Source: Phycisphaerae bacterium (GTDB lineage: Bacteria; Planctomycetota; Phycisphaerae; UBA1845; Fen-1342). Taken from it: DNA of 64,000 nt. Made by a program: the position numbers and the translations under genes. A model generated the notes under the pieces. That model was not told where the DNA came from. It made no database searches and worked only from the letters and a program-made list of their open reading frames with translations. The DNA lies in NCBI GenBank assembly GCA_050115495.1, contig JASFQK010000016.1:75865-139864 (forward strand), in the 5' to 3' direction. Shown here in pieces: positions 1 through 8,784 of this stretch; within the stretch, counting starts at the first letter, position 1, and every line of letters starts with the position of its first letter.

Positions 1-2
1 AG

Positions 3-1157
3 GCTACGCCGCCGACGGGGCCGGCGATCAGCGAATGCTGTGCTGCTGTACAGCAGCGGTTGGCCGGATTCTGCACGCAACGGGACATTCCTGGCGCGAC
101 GTGCGCGTTCGTGCTGCCGGACGGGCGGCTGGGGGCGGTGGCGGTCGGCGTGTCCAGCCGGACGACCGGGCAGGCCATGGAGCCGACCAATCGCATGCTC
201 GCCGGCAGCGTCGGAAAGACGTTCGTGGCGGCGGTGCTACTTCAGCTTCACGCCGAGGGACGCGTCGATCTGGACGAGAAGATCAGCCACTGGCTCGGGC
301 AGGAGGCGTGGTTCGCACGGCTGCCGAACGGGCCGGGCATCACGCTGCGCATGCTGCTGAACCACACGAGCGGGCTCGAAGAGTATTACCCGATGGAGGG
401 ATTCATCAACGCCGTGTCCGCCGACTTGCAGCGGGCCTGGCAGCCGGGTGAGCGCATCGCGTACATCCTCGACCGCCCGGCGCTGTTCCCCGCTGGCCAG
501 GGCTGGTCCTACGCCGACACGAACTTCCTGCTCGTCGGCATGATCATCGAGAAGGTGACCGGCCGGACGTACTATGAGGAGCTGACGCGGCGGATTCTGC
601 GGCCGCGCGATTTGCAGGACACGATTCCGTCGGACCGCAACCCGCTGCCCGGCTTGGTCAGCGGCTACACGACGCCGGATCATCCGTTCCCCGTCCCCGC
701 GGAGATCACGAAGGACGGCTTCGTGGCGATGAACCCGCAGATGGAATGGACCGGCGGCGGCGTGCTGAGCAACGCTCCGGACTTGGCTCGCTGGGCCCGG
801 ATGCTGTACGCGGGCGACGTTCTGCCGCCGGCGGAGAGGACGCTCATGCTCGCCGGCGTGCCGACGCAGCGCTGGCCGAACGTGGACTACGGCCTGGGCG
901 TGCTGATTCGGCGAACGCCGCACGGCATCGTGTACGGACACAGCGGCTGGTTCCCCGGCTACATCACGATGATGGGCTGGTACGCCGGCCACGAGCTGGC
1001 TCTGGCGGTGCAGTTCAACAGCGACGTTGGCATGTCTTCGGAGGCGCTGTCGGGGCTGACCGATGATCTGGCCGGCGTGCTCCTGGCCAAACTGAGTGGT
1101 CTGACGGCTCAGCAGCGGGCTGCACTGCGTGCCGCTGATGGCGGCCTTGGGCAGTGA
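3..1157 (+). CDS. Serine hydrolase, beta-lactamase class C / D-Ala-D-Ala carboxypeptidase family (5'-partial)
   Basis: SxxK motif (GSVGKT), LLNHTSG, Y-x-x-T-N (YADTNF) and HSG motif. The frame is open from position 3, so the start lies upstream of the window. Confidence 0.9.
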   Translation, partial: ATPPTGPAISECCAAVQQRLAGFCTQRDIPGATCAFVLPDGRLGAVAVGVSSRTTGQAMEPTNRMLAGSVGKTFVAAVLLQLHAEGRVDLDEKISHWLGQEAWFARLPNGPGITLRMLLNHTSGLEEYYPMEGFINAVSADLQRAWQPGERIAYILDRPALFPAGQGWSYADTNFLLVGMIIEKVTGRTYYEELTRRILRPRDLQDTIPSDRNPLPGLVSGYTTPDHPFPVPAEITKDGFVAMNPQMEWTGGGVLSNAPDLARWARMLYAGDVLPPAERTLMLAGVPTQRWPNVDYGLGVLIRRTPHGIVYGHSGWFPGYITMMGWYAGHELALAVQFNSDVGMSSEALSGLTDDLAGVLLAKLSGLTAQQRAALRAADGGLGQ

Positions 1158-1225
1158 TCGAGAGTCTGTCGCAGGTTTCGCTCTCTTCGTGGGCGATTGA
1201 CTGCTGGTGATTGAGGATTCCCCAC

Positions 1226-2833
1226 ATGGCAGAGAAGGTCGAGCTCGTCAAGAACGCCGTCGGGCGTATGGTTCCGACGGTCGTCAACGGTCAGAAGCAG
1301 GTTCCGTTTCAGGGCGTGGGCAAGTATCGGCCCGATGGTCGTAAGGCTGCTCCGCCGGTGCGGACGTGCAATGACTATCCCGCCGACGGGAACAAGGTCG
1401 TGGCCAACGCCCAGGCGGCCGGTGGCGGCGACCGGGCCAACATCGAGGCCCTGAAGACGGCCCTGAAGAACGCCGGCATCCGCAACGGCATGCGGATCAG
1501 CTCGCACCACCATTTCCGCAACGGCGACCGCATCGGCGTGCCGCTGTTCACCGCCGCCGCCGAGCTGGGCGTGAAAGACCTGATCTGGTTCCCGAGCGCG
1601 TGTTTCCCGTGCCATGCGCCGTTGATCGACCTGCTCGAATCGGGCGTGCTGCAACGCGTCGAGGGTTCGATGAACGGGCCGATTGGCGACTACTGCTCGA
1701 CGGGGAAGATGCGCGGCTTGGGCGTGCTGCGTTCGCACGGCGGCCGGTGGCAGGCCGTGCAGGATGGCGAGGTGCACATCGACATCGCCGTCCTGGCCGC
1801 TCCGAGCTGTGATTCGTTCGGCAATGCCAACGGCGTGAACGGGCCGTCGGCGTGTGGCGGGCTGGGGTTCGGGCTGGTGGATTCGCTCTACGCCGACCAT
1901 GTGATCGCGGTCACGGACAACCTCGTGCCGTTCCCGTGTCTGCCATGGCAGATTCAGGGCAACAACGTCGACCAGGTTGTGGTGATGGACCGCATCGGCG
2001 ATCCGGAGAAGATCGTCTCGGGCACGACGCAGCTTACCAAGAGCCCGGATCGGCTGATGATCGCCGAGATGGCCGCGCAGTTCGTGCGCGAAGCCGGCAT
2101 CATGAAGGACGGCTTCAGCTTCCAGGCCGGCGCGGGCGGAACGACGCTTGGGTTCGCCATCTACCTGAAGGAATACATGAAGCAGGCCGGCGTGAAGGCC
2201 CGCTTCATTCGCGGCGGCAGCACGAAATACCTCGTCGAGATGCTCGAAGAGGGGCTGACCGACTACATCCTCGACGGGCAGACGTTCGACCTGGACGGCG
2301 TGCGCAGCATGCGCGACAACCCGCGGCACCAGGATACCAGCCCGTTCACCAGCTATAGCTGGCACGGCAAGGGCTGCTTCGCCACGTTCCTCGATGCGGT
2401 CGTGCTGGGAGCGACCGAGGTTGACGTGAACTTCAACGCCAACGTCGTGACGCACTCCGACGGGCGGCTGCTGCACGGCATTGGCGGGTGGCAGAACTGC
2501 CTGAGCGGGCGCTGCGTGATCCTGCCGATTCCCTCGGTCCGCGACCGGATTCCGGTCATCATGGACGAGGTGACGACGGTCGTGGGTCCGGGCGAGATGA
2601 TCGACGTGATCGTGTGCGAGCGGGGCATCGCCATCAACCCGCGGCGGCAGGATCTGCGCGACGCCGTCGCCGGCAGCAAGCTGCCGATCCGACCGATCGA
2701 GGAGATCAAGGCCGAGGTGGACCGCATGTGCGGCGGTGCACCGGCCAAGCCGCGTCTGAAAGACCAGGTCATCGCGGCGATCAAGTGGGTGGACGGGACG
2801 GTGATCGACTGCGTACGGGCCGTGGAGGGGTAG
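1226..2833 (+). CDS. citF: Citrate lyase alpha subunit / citrate CoA-transferase
   Basis: ISSHHHFRNGD, RSHGGR, FSFQAGAGG, LGATEVDVNFNANVVTHSDG and GIAINPRR motifs typical of CitF. ATG 1226 follows GAGGA. Confidence 0.9.
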   Translation: MAEKVELVKNAVGRMVPTVVNGQKQVPFQGVGKYRPDGRKAAPPVRTCNDYPADGNKVVANAQAAGGGDRANIEALKTALKNAGIRNGMRISSHHHFRNGDRIGVPLFTAAAELGVKDLIWFPSACFPCHAPLIDLLESGVLQRVEGSMNGPIGDYCSTGKMRGLGVLRSHGGRWQAVQDGEVHIDIAVLAAPSCDSFGNANGVNGPSACGGLGFGLVDSLYADHVIAVTDNLVPFPCLPWQIQGNNVDQVVVMDRIGDPEKIVSGTTQLTKSPDRLMIAEMAAQFVREAGIMKDGFSFQAGAGGTTLGFAIYLKEYMKQAGVKARFIRGGSTKYLVEMLEEGLTDYILDGQTFDLDGVRSMRDNPRHQDTSPFTSYSWHGKGCFATFLDAVVLGATEVDVNFNANVVTHSDGRLLHGIGGWQNCLSGRCVILPIPSVRDRIPVIMDEVTTVVGPGEMIDVIVCERGIAINPRRQDLRDAVAGSKLPIRPIEEIKAEVDRMCGGAPAKPRLKDQVIAAIKWVDGTVIDCVRAVEG

Positions 2834-3103
2834 TCGGGAGTTCGACAGCGGGTCGCCGGACGCCGTGGGGGATTGAGCTTAAGGTTCACGACCTCCCGTG
2901 ACCGATAACGGTGGCGGCTGTTCGTGCCGCGTGCACGAGGCGGCGGCTGTCTGCGTCCACTGGCCGCGCCGCCGGTCGGGCGCGACAGAGAATCGTGTGC
3001 GCCTGCGTCGCCCCCTTTGGCGCCGGCGTACGAGGGCAACATGCAGTATCGTTGCCGCCGGTGGGCGAGCACGAAGCAACCGCTTCCATGGGAGGATACG
3101 ACA

Positions 3104-6100
3104 ATGAGCCGAACTCGCCATGTCTCGGTACAGGCGGGCATTGGCCTGTTCCTGGTCCTGTTTGGCCTCAACGAAGCGGTTCGTGCCGCCGACCAGGTTG
3201 TTACGAACAACAACGACTCCGGTGCCGGCTCGCTGCGTCAGGCCATGCTCGACGTGCATGACGGCGGTACGATCACCTTCGACGGCGACTACACGATTAC
3301 GCTGGCGTCGAATCTGCCGCAGATTAACGACAGCATCACCATCGTCGGCCGCGGGTGCGAGCAGACGATCATCGATGGCGACGGCGCGTATCGTATCCTG
3401 TACGTGGTTACCGGTAGCCTCACCGCATCGCACCTCACGGTGCGTAATGGGAAGGCTGTCGGTAACCTGAACGCGGGGACACTGCTCCTGGACGGCGTCG
3501 TCATCGACGGCAACACGGACGTCAGCGGCGCCGGACTGCGGCAGAGCGGGACGGGCGGCAGCACGAGCACAACACTTCTCAACTGCACGATCAGCAACAA
3601 CTTCTCGCCGACCAACCGCGGTGGCGGCATCTACGCCACCGTCGGCACAGTCACCATCAAGAACTCCACGATCACCGGGAACACTGCCCAATACAACGGT
3701 GCCGGTATATGCTGCGAGTCAAGCGGAGCATTTGTCATCGACAGTTGCACGATCGCCAACAACCATACCACCGGCACCTACGGCACGGCGAGGGGCGGCG
3801 GCATCAGAGTGGCTGGCGGATCGCTGACGATCACAAATACCATCATTGCCAATAATCAGGATGACTACGGGAACAATGACTACTCCTACCAGTTTGGAAC
3901 GCTGACTGACAACGGCTACAACTTCGTGGAGGTGCCGAACGTTATGGGCGCCAACGGGTTCAGCAACGGCGTCAACCACAATATCGTCGGCGTTAACCCG
4001 ACCGGCCTAGCCAGCACGCTCTCCTACGAGGGTGGCTGGACGCCCGTCCTGAAGATCACCGGCGGCACGTTTACCGGTGGCAATTACGGTTCAACCAGCG
4101 AAACGCGCGATCAGCGTGGGTACCATCGCAAGTCCGGTGAAATCACGCGCGGTGCATATCAGTATGGCGGCACCGTGGCCGTGGTGAACGGTGGCGCATG
4201 GAACAACGGGTATCCCACGATCGCCGATGCCATCGCTGCCGCCAGTGCCAACGATACCATCACCCTCCTCGACACGGTGATCAAGGAGGTTGGCATCACG
4301 ATCAACAAGAACCTGACCATCCAGGGGCAGGGGGCGACCAGCACCTATGTCTGGGGTGACAACGCCAAGGACACGGCGAGCGGTCGCATATTTGATCTGG
4401 TCGCCGGCGATGTGGCGCTCCGGGATATGAGTATTCAATACGGCAGGGCGACGCGCGGGGGTGGTGTGCGGGGTGGCGGGGGAACGCATACGCTGGCCGA
4501 CTGCGCCATCGTCGGCAACACAAGCACCCTAGGCGGCGGCGGAATCCACAATGTATCGGACGGGACGCTACACGTCGCTGACTGCAGCATCGTTGCCAAT
4601 GCTGGAGGCAGTCGCGGCGGGGGGCTGGATAACGAGGGCGTGCTCACGATGACACGCTCCACAATCGTTGGAAATGTGGCAAGCAACGGTGGTGGCGTGA
4701 GCACATCCGGCGGCAACGCCGCACTTCAGAACTGCACGATCTGTTGGAACACGGGCGGTAGCGTGGGCGGCGGGCTGTACGCGTTGGACGGCACGACGGT
4801 GCTCGCCAATTGCACCCTGGCCGAGAATCACGCCTCTGCCGGGACCGGAGACGGGCTGTACGGTTACATAGGCTATCTGGGCCTGATCAATACGATCGTG
4901 ATCAACAACACGGGGAGCGGCGGTCAGGAGAACGCGCCTGGCCTTCGCGGCATACGCGCTCAGAACTCGTGGTTCGCGACGAACGCCGGCATCACGACGC
5001 CCACTGCGGCCTCGAACGTCTTTGCGGCCTATACTGCCGGCGATCTGCTGTCCCTCGCCGACAACGGCGGCAGCACGTGGACCATGGAGCTCGCTGCGAC
5101 CGCACCGGCGGTGGGGACCGGCGATTTCGTCTACTACAACACGACGGATGGCTTCTACTGCGAAGACTCGAACGGGGACTACCGGGACGCCTTGGGCTCG
5201 GTTGTTACGCCGAGCGATCCGGCCAGTGACAAGATCACGATCGACCAGTGCGGCGTGACACGCACCAGTCCAGTCTCCATCGGCGCTTTCTTCACTCCCA
5301 AAGCGACGCCGAGCGTGACCACGACGACGGTCTCAAACGTGACAGGCACCACGGCCAAGTCCGGCGGCAATGTCACGTACGAAGGGCAGAGCGGCGTCAC
5401 GGCGCGCGGCGTCTGCTGGAACACCACCGGCACGCCGACGACCACGAGCGACAAGACCTCTGACGGGACTGGCACCGGGGCGTTTACGAGTGATCTCAGC
5501 AACCTCAGTCCGGCGACGACGTACTACGTCCGGGCCTACGCGACCAACACGCAGGGCACGGACTACGGCACCGAACGGCAGTTCACGACTTCGGCCGCCA
5601 AACCGACGGTGACCACGGCGGCGGTCACGGGCGTTACCACGGACGAGGCAACGTCTGGTGGTGATGTGACGGACGACGGCGGGGACAGCGTCACGGCTTA
5701 CGGCGTCTGCTGGAACACGGACGGGACGCCCACCACGAGCGACGACAACACGAACGACGGATCCGGTACGGGAACGTTCACCAGCACGCTGACCAGCCTC
5801 GCCCCAGGTATGACGTACTACGTCCGCGCCTACGCGACGAACAGCGCGGGGACCGGCTACGGCAACGACGTGGAATTCACCACTGTCGCCGCGCCACCGA
5901 CCATGACCACGGCCGCAGTGAGCCATGTCACGGCGACGACGGCCACCACCGGCGGTGAGGTCATGAGCAGCGGGGGTGCGCCCCTCACCGCCTTTGGCGT
6001 ATGTTGGAATACAACCGGGTCGCCGACAACGGCCGACGAGACGACCATGGACTGTGTCGACAGCGGGCTGCTGGCCGGCGATGGCGGGGTGTCGAGGCTC

Positions 6101-7072
6101 GTTCGTGTCAGATTCACGAGCAGCATGACCGGCCTGATGCCTGGTACGACGTACTATGTCCGCGCCTACGCCACCAACAGTAAGGGGACGGGCTATGGCA
6201 ACGAGGTGGAGTTCACGACCAACGGCACGACGCCGACCGTCACGACCGCCTCCGTCACGGACATCACCAGTGCCACGGCCACGAGCGGCGGCGAGGTTAC
6301 ATCTGACGGCAGCGCGAGCATCACGGCTCGCGGAGTCTGCTGGAACAAAACGGGGACGCCGACGATCGCCGACGAGAGGACGACTGACGGGTCGGGAATC
6401 GGTGTGTTCGCGAGCAGTATCACCGGGCTCGACGCCGACACGGCGTACTACGTTCGAGCCTACGCGACGAACAAGGCCGGCACGACGTACGGCGCTGAAC
6501 GGACGTTTTCGACAAAGGCTCTGCCCGATGATCCGAACGATGCCAACAACGACCCGCCGACTGCGCCGGATCTGCGCGTCTCCATCGCGGCAGCCCGGTC
6601 GTCGGCCAGTGTTGGCGAGGAGCTTGGCTTCTCGGTAAACGTCGAAAACGTGGGTACCGCGAGCGCCACGGGCGTCACGCTGCGGTTTCCGCTGCCGGCG
6701 GGAACGGAACTGGTCGGCGTATGGCTGGTCGGCGGGTTGTCCAGTCAGACCGCTCCGCTGGACGCGGTCGTGGACGGCGGTGAGATCGTGGTCGCTCTGG
6801 GAGACGTGTCCGCCAGTGAGTCGCTGCAGTTCAACCTGGTACTGAGGGCGAGGAGTGCCGGATCGGTGGCAGTCACCGCCGCGGCGAGTTGTGACGAGAA
6901 GGAAACGCCGGCGACGGCGCAGGTGGAGTCGCAGGTCGAAGTCGACGACGTGTACGTGGAGATCATCGGGGAGGCGGTGCCCATTCACGTATGCGGCCTG
7001 ATGGGCTTCGTGTCGCCGTTGCTGGCCCTGGTCGGCCTGGCGGCAATGAAGCGGTACGGTCGTCGTTGGTGA
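3104..7072 (+). CDS. Large cell-surface protein: beta-helix (pectin-lyase-like / choice-of-anchor-Q-like) regions, 4 FN3-like repeats, DUF11-like Ig domain, C-terminal Cys-Gly/TM/basic sorting tail
   Basis: GGAGG RBS then ATG 3104 and a signal peptide. NDSGAGSLRQA start, many GGGI/TIxGN beta-helix repeats, four PTVTT...GVCWN...YYVRAYATN...FTT repeats (~5307-6513), DLRVS...VENVG domain, and tail CGLMGFVSPLLALVGLAAMKRYGRRW. Confidence 0.85.
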   Translation: MSRTRHVSVQAGIGLFLVLFGLNEAVRAADQVVTNNNDSGAGSLRQAMLDVHDGGTITFDGDYTITLASNLPQINDSITIVGRGCEQTIIDGDGAYRILYVVTGSLTASHLTVRNGKAVGNLNAGTLLLDGVVIDGNTDVSGAGLRQSGTGGSTSTTLLNCTISNNFSPTNRGGGIYATVGTVTIKNSTITGNTAQYNGAGICCESSGAFVIDSCTIANNHTTGTYGTARGGGIRVAGGSLTITNTIIANNQDDYGNNDYSYQFGTLTDNGYNFVEVPNVMGANGFSNGVNHNIVGVNPTGLASTLSYEGGWTPVLKITGGTFTGGNYGSTSETRDQRGYHRKSGEITRGAYQYGGTVAVVNGGAWNNGYPTIADAIAAASANDTITLLDTVIKEVGITINKNLTIQGQGATSTYVWGDNAKDTASGRIFDLVAGDVALRDMSIQYGRATRGGGVRGGGGTHTLADCAIVGNTSTLGGGGIHNVSDGTLHVADCSIVANAGGSRGGGLDNEGVLTMTRSTIVGNVASNGGGVSTSGGNAALQNCTICWNTGGSVGGGLYALDGTTVLANCTLAENHASAGTGDGLYGYIGYLGLINTIVINNTGSGGQENAPGLRGIRAQNSWFATNAGITTPTAASNVFAAYTAGDLLSLADNGGSTWTMELAATAPAVGTGDFVYYNTTDGFYCEDSNGDYRDALGSVVTPSDPASDKITIDQCGVTRTSPVSIGAFFTPKATPSVTTTTVSNVTGTTAKSGGNVTYEGQSGVTARGVCWNTTGTPTTTSDKTSDGTGTGAFTSDLSNLSPATTYYVRAYATNTQGTDYGTERQFTTSAAKPTVTTAAVTGVTTDEATSGGDVTDDGGDSVTAYGVCWNTDGTPTTSDDNTNDGSGTGTFTSTLTSLAPGMTYYVRAYATNSAGTGYGNDVEFTTVAAPPTMTTAAVSHVTATTATTGGEVMSSGGAPLTAFGVCWNTTGSPTTADETTMDCVDSGLLAGDGGVSRLVRVRFTSSMTGLMPGTTYYVRAYATNSKGTGYGNEVEFTTNGTTPTVTTASVTDITSATATSGGEVTSDGSASITARGVCWNKTGTPTIADERTTDGSGIGVFASSITGLDADTAYYVRAYATNKAGTTYGAERTFSTKALPDDPNDANNDPPTAPDLRVSIAAARSSASVGEELGFSVNVENVGTASATGVTLRFPLPAGTELVGVWLVGGLSSQTAPLDAVVDGGEIVVALGDVSASESLQFNLVLRARSAGSVAVTAAASCDEKETPATAQVESQVEVDDVYVEIIGEAVPIHVCGLMGFVSPLLALVGLAAMKRYGRRW

Positions 7073-7149
7073 CGATGGTCCGCCGGTGGTAGTCATGTGA
7101 CGCCGGCGTGTCGGCCGGAACGGCCGCCGGGCAGCAGGAAAGGAAAGTC

Positions 7150-7377
7150 ATGAGACGTGGAACGCTTCTGCGGGTTGGTGGCATCGTGGTCGCCGGCGCG
7201 CTGTTCATCGGCGGCACGGGTTGCAGAGAGCTTCTGATAGGAACGAACATTGCCTCGGTCGCCACGGGCTGGCTGCTGGGCAATCTCACCACCTCGGGTA
7301 ACGTTGAGCGTGTGTGCTACCAGAACGGCGTGCTGATCGATTGCGCCGATCTGCCGGAGGATCTTGGGCTGGATTAG
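7150..7377 (+). CDS. Small putative lipoprotein
   Basis: AGGAAAGGA RBS, basic N-terminus, hydrophobic stretch and GTGC lipobox-like site. C-terminal Cys pair CYQNGVLIDC. Confidence 0.65.
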   Translation: MRRGTLLRVGGIVVAGALFIGGTGCRELLIGTNIASVATGWLLGNLTTSGNVERVCYQNGVLIDCADLPEDLGLD

Positions 7378-7389
7378 CGCCGCCGGCCG

Positions 7390-8721
7390 TCACGGCTGGG
7401 GGGCAACCTCGCGCTCGCTGACGGGGGGGAACTTCAGCGGGGCGGCGAGTTGGGCGTTGAGCAAGCGAGCCAGGTACGTCGTTTTGACCAGAGTGAAATC
7501 GCCCGTGATCTGGCCTGAGCTGCGGATCTTGGTGCGGATGGTCGCCGCCGAGTAGGCGACATCGTCGACGAGGATGCACAGCGGCCGGTCGATGTTCCGC
7601 GCCGTCAGCTTCTCGAACAGGCTCCCGCCGGCGCTGTCCAGCGTGAAGCTAACGGCCGGCCGTCCATGCGCGTCGTAATCGGCCTTCGCCTGCAGGAGGT
7701 GCCACGGCTGGCCTTTGGCCAGCAAACCCTGGTCGGGCGTGAGGTAGGCGAGGATGTAGTAGTCATCGTCCACGCGGTCGGCGACGAAGCGCGGTTCCTC
7801 GCATGGGTCGAAGTCGGTTAGCTCCGCGGGGCCGTCGAGGTTGAAGAAAGAGACGGGATCGTCGACCCGGAACCAGCCGAACTCGTCGCCGGGCACGGGC
7901 GCCGGGCCGTGTTCGTGCAGCCGGCGGCGAAACAAGTCGTACTTGGTGGGGTTGTCGGGTGCGGGCTCGGGCAGGACGCGAAACTCGAGAACGCCCAGGC
8001 CGCGCAGCAGCCGCTTGACCCAGGCCGGGTTTTCGAGGTACTTGCCTTTGCCCTTGTCATACCAGGCATCATACCGGGCGACGACGTTGTCGAGCTGCTG
8101 CTTGAGGTGCGGGAAGTGCTCGTGGGCGTCGGCAAGCCACTGTTTTCGCTCGCTGGAGCGCGGTTCGCCGAACTCCAACGCGCGGCGCAGCCTGTCGACG
8201 GGCAGGTTGGTGGCGAGGACGTCGTCGAGCACCTTCTGATACGGTGGCTCGAAGCCGCTTTCTTTCCACGCGTCATAGGCGGTGGCCAGGGCGGCCAGCG
8301 CGGCCTTGCGGGTTGGGTGGCCGCGGACGAGCTGTTCGAGGGCGGCGTCGCGACCGTCGACCGTCACCAACGCTGCGAGGAGCTCCTCCGGCGTCACGTT
8401 GGCCGCCGCCAGCCTGGCGAGACTCTCCTCGAAGGCCCGCCCGAGAGCCTGGACGTCCTGGGGCGCGTGCTGCACGCGGACTTCGATCTGGTCACGCGAG
8501 AGCGGCGTGCACACGACGCCGAAACGCTCGTCGGGATCGAGACGCTTCAGGACCGCTGCGGCGACTTCGGCGGACACGTCCCGGTCGGCCGGCAGGTCCG
8601 ACGTGTCGATGGCGAAGACAAACGCGGTGTAGCCGGTCTTCTCCAGGCTGGGACGCGTATTGCAGGCGCTCAGGAACGCCACGCAGGTCAGGAGCGTAGT
8701 GGTCGCCAGCAGTCTGAACAT
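7390..8721 (-). CDS. Lipoprotein consisting of a SecD-like periplasmic P1 domain (paralog 2)
   Basis: LSAC lipobox. GRPAVSFTLDSAGGSLFEKLT...PLCILVDDVAYSAATIRTKI...GQITGDFT is a SecD P1-head motif. Ends at PVSEREVAP with no downstream TM helices. Confidence 0.8.
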   Translation of the reverse strand: MFRLLATTTLLTCVAFLSACNTRPSLEKTGYTAFVFAIDTSDLPADRDVSAEVAAAVLKRLDPDERFGVVCTPLSRDQIEVRVQHAPQDVQALGRAFEESLARLAAANVTPEELLAALVTVDGRDAALEQLVRGHPTRKAALAALATAYDAWKESGFEPPYQKVLDDVLATNLPVDRLRRALEFGEPRSSERKQWLADAHEHFPHLKQQLDNVVARYDAWYDKGKGKYLENPAWVKRLLRGLGVLEFRVLPEPAPDNPTKYDLFRRRLHEHGPAPVPGDEFGWFRVDDPVSFFNLDGPAELTDFDPCEEPRFVADRVDDDYYILAYLTPDQGLLAKGQPWHLLQAKADYDAHGRPAVSFTLDSAGGSLFEKLTARNIDRPLCILVDDVAYSAATIRTKIRSSGQITGDFTLVKTTYLARLLNAQLAAPLKFPPVSEREVAPQP

Positions 8722-8784
8722 GTGCGTCTCCGTTTGGTGATTGCGTTTCTCTTTCGTGTCCGTGTCCGGTGCTGACGGCGCCAG

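Noticed and set aside
2880..2908. Sigma-28 promoter before the surface protein (TAAG...ACCGATAA)
   Set aside because: The spacer is 17 nt rather than about 15, which is too weak to call.
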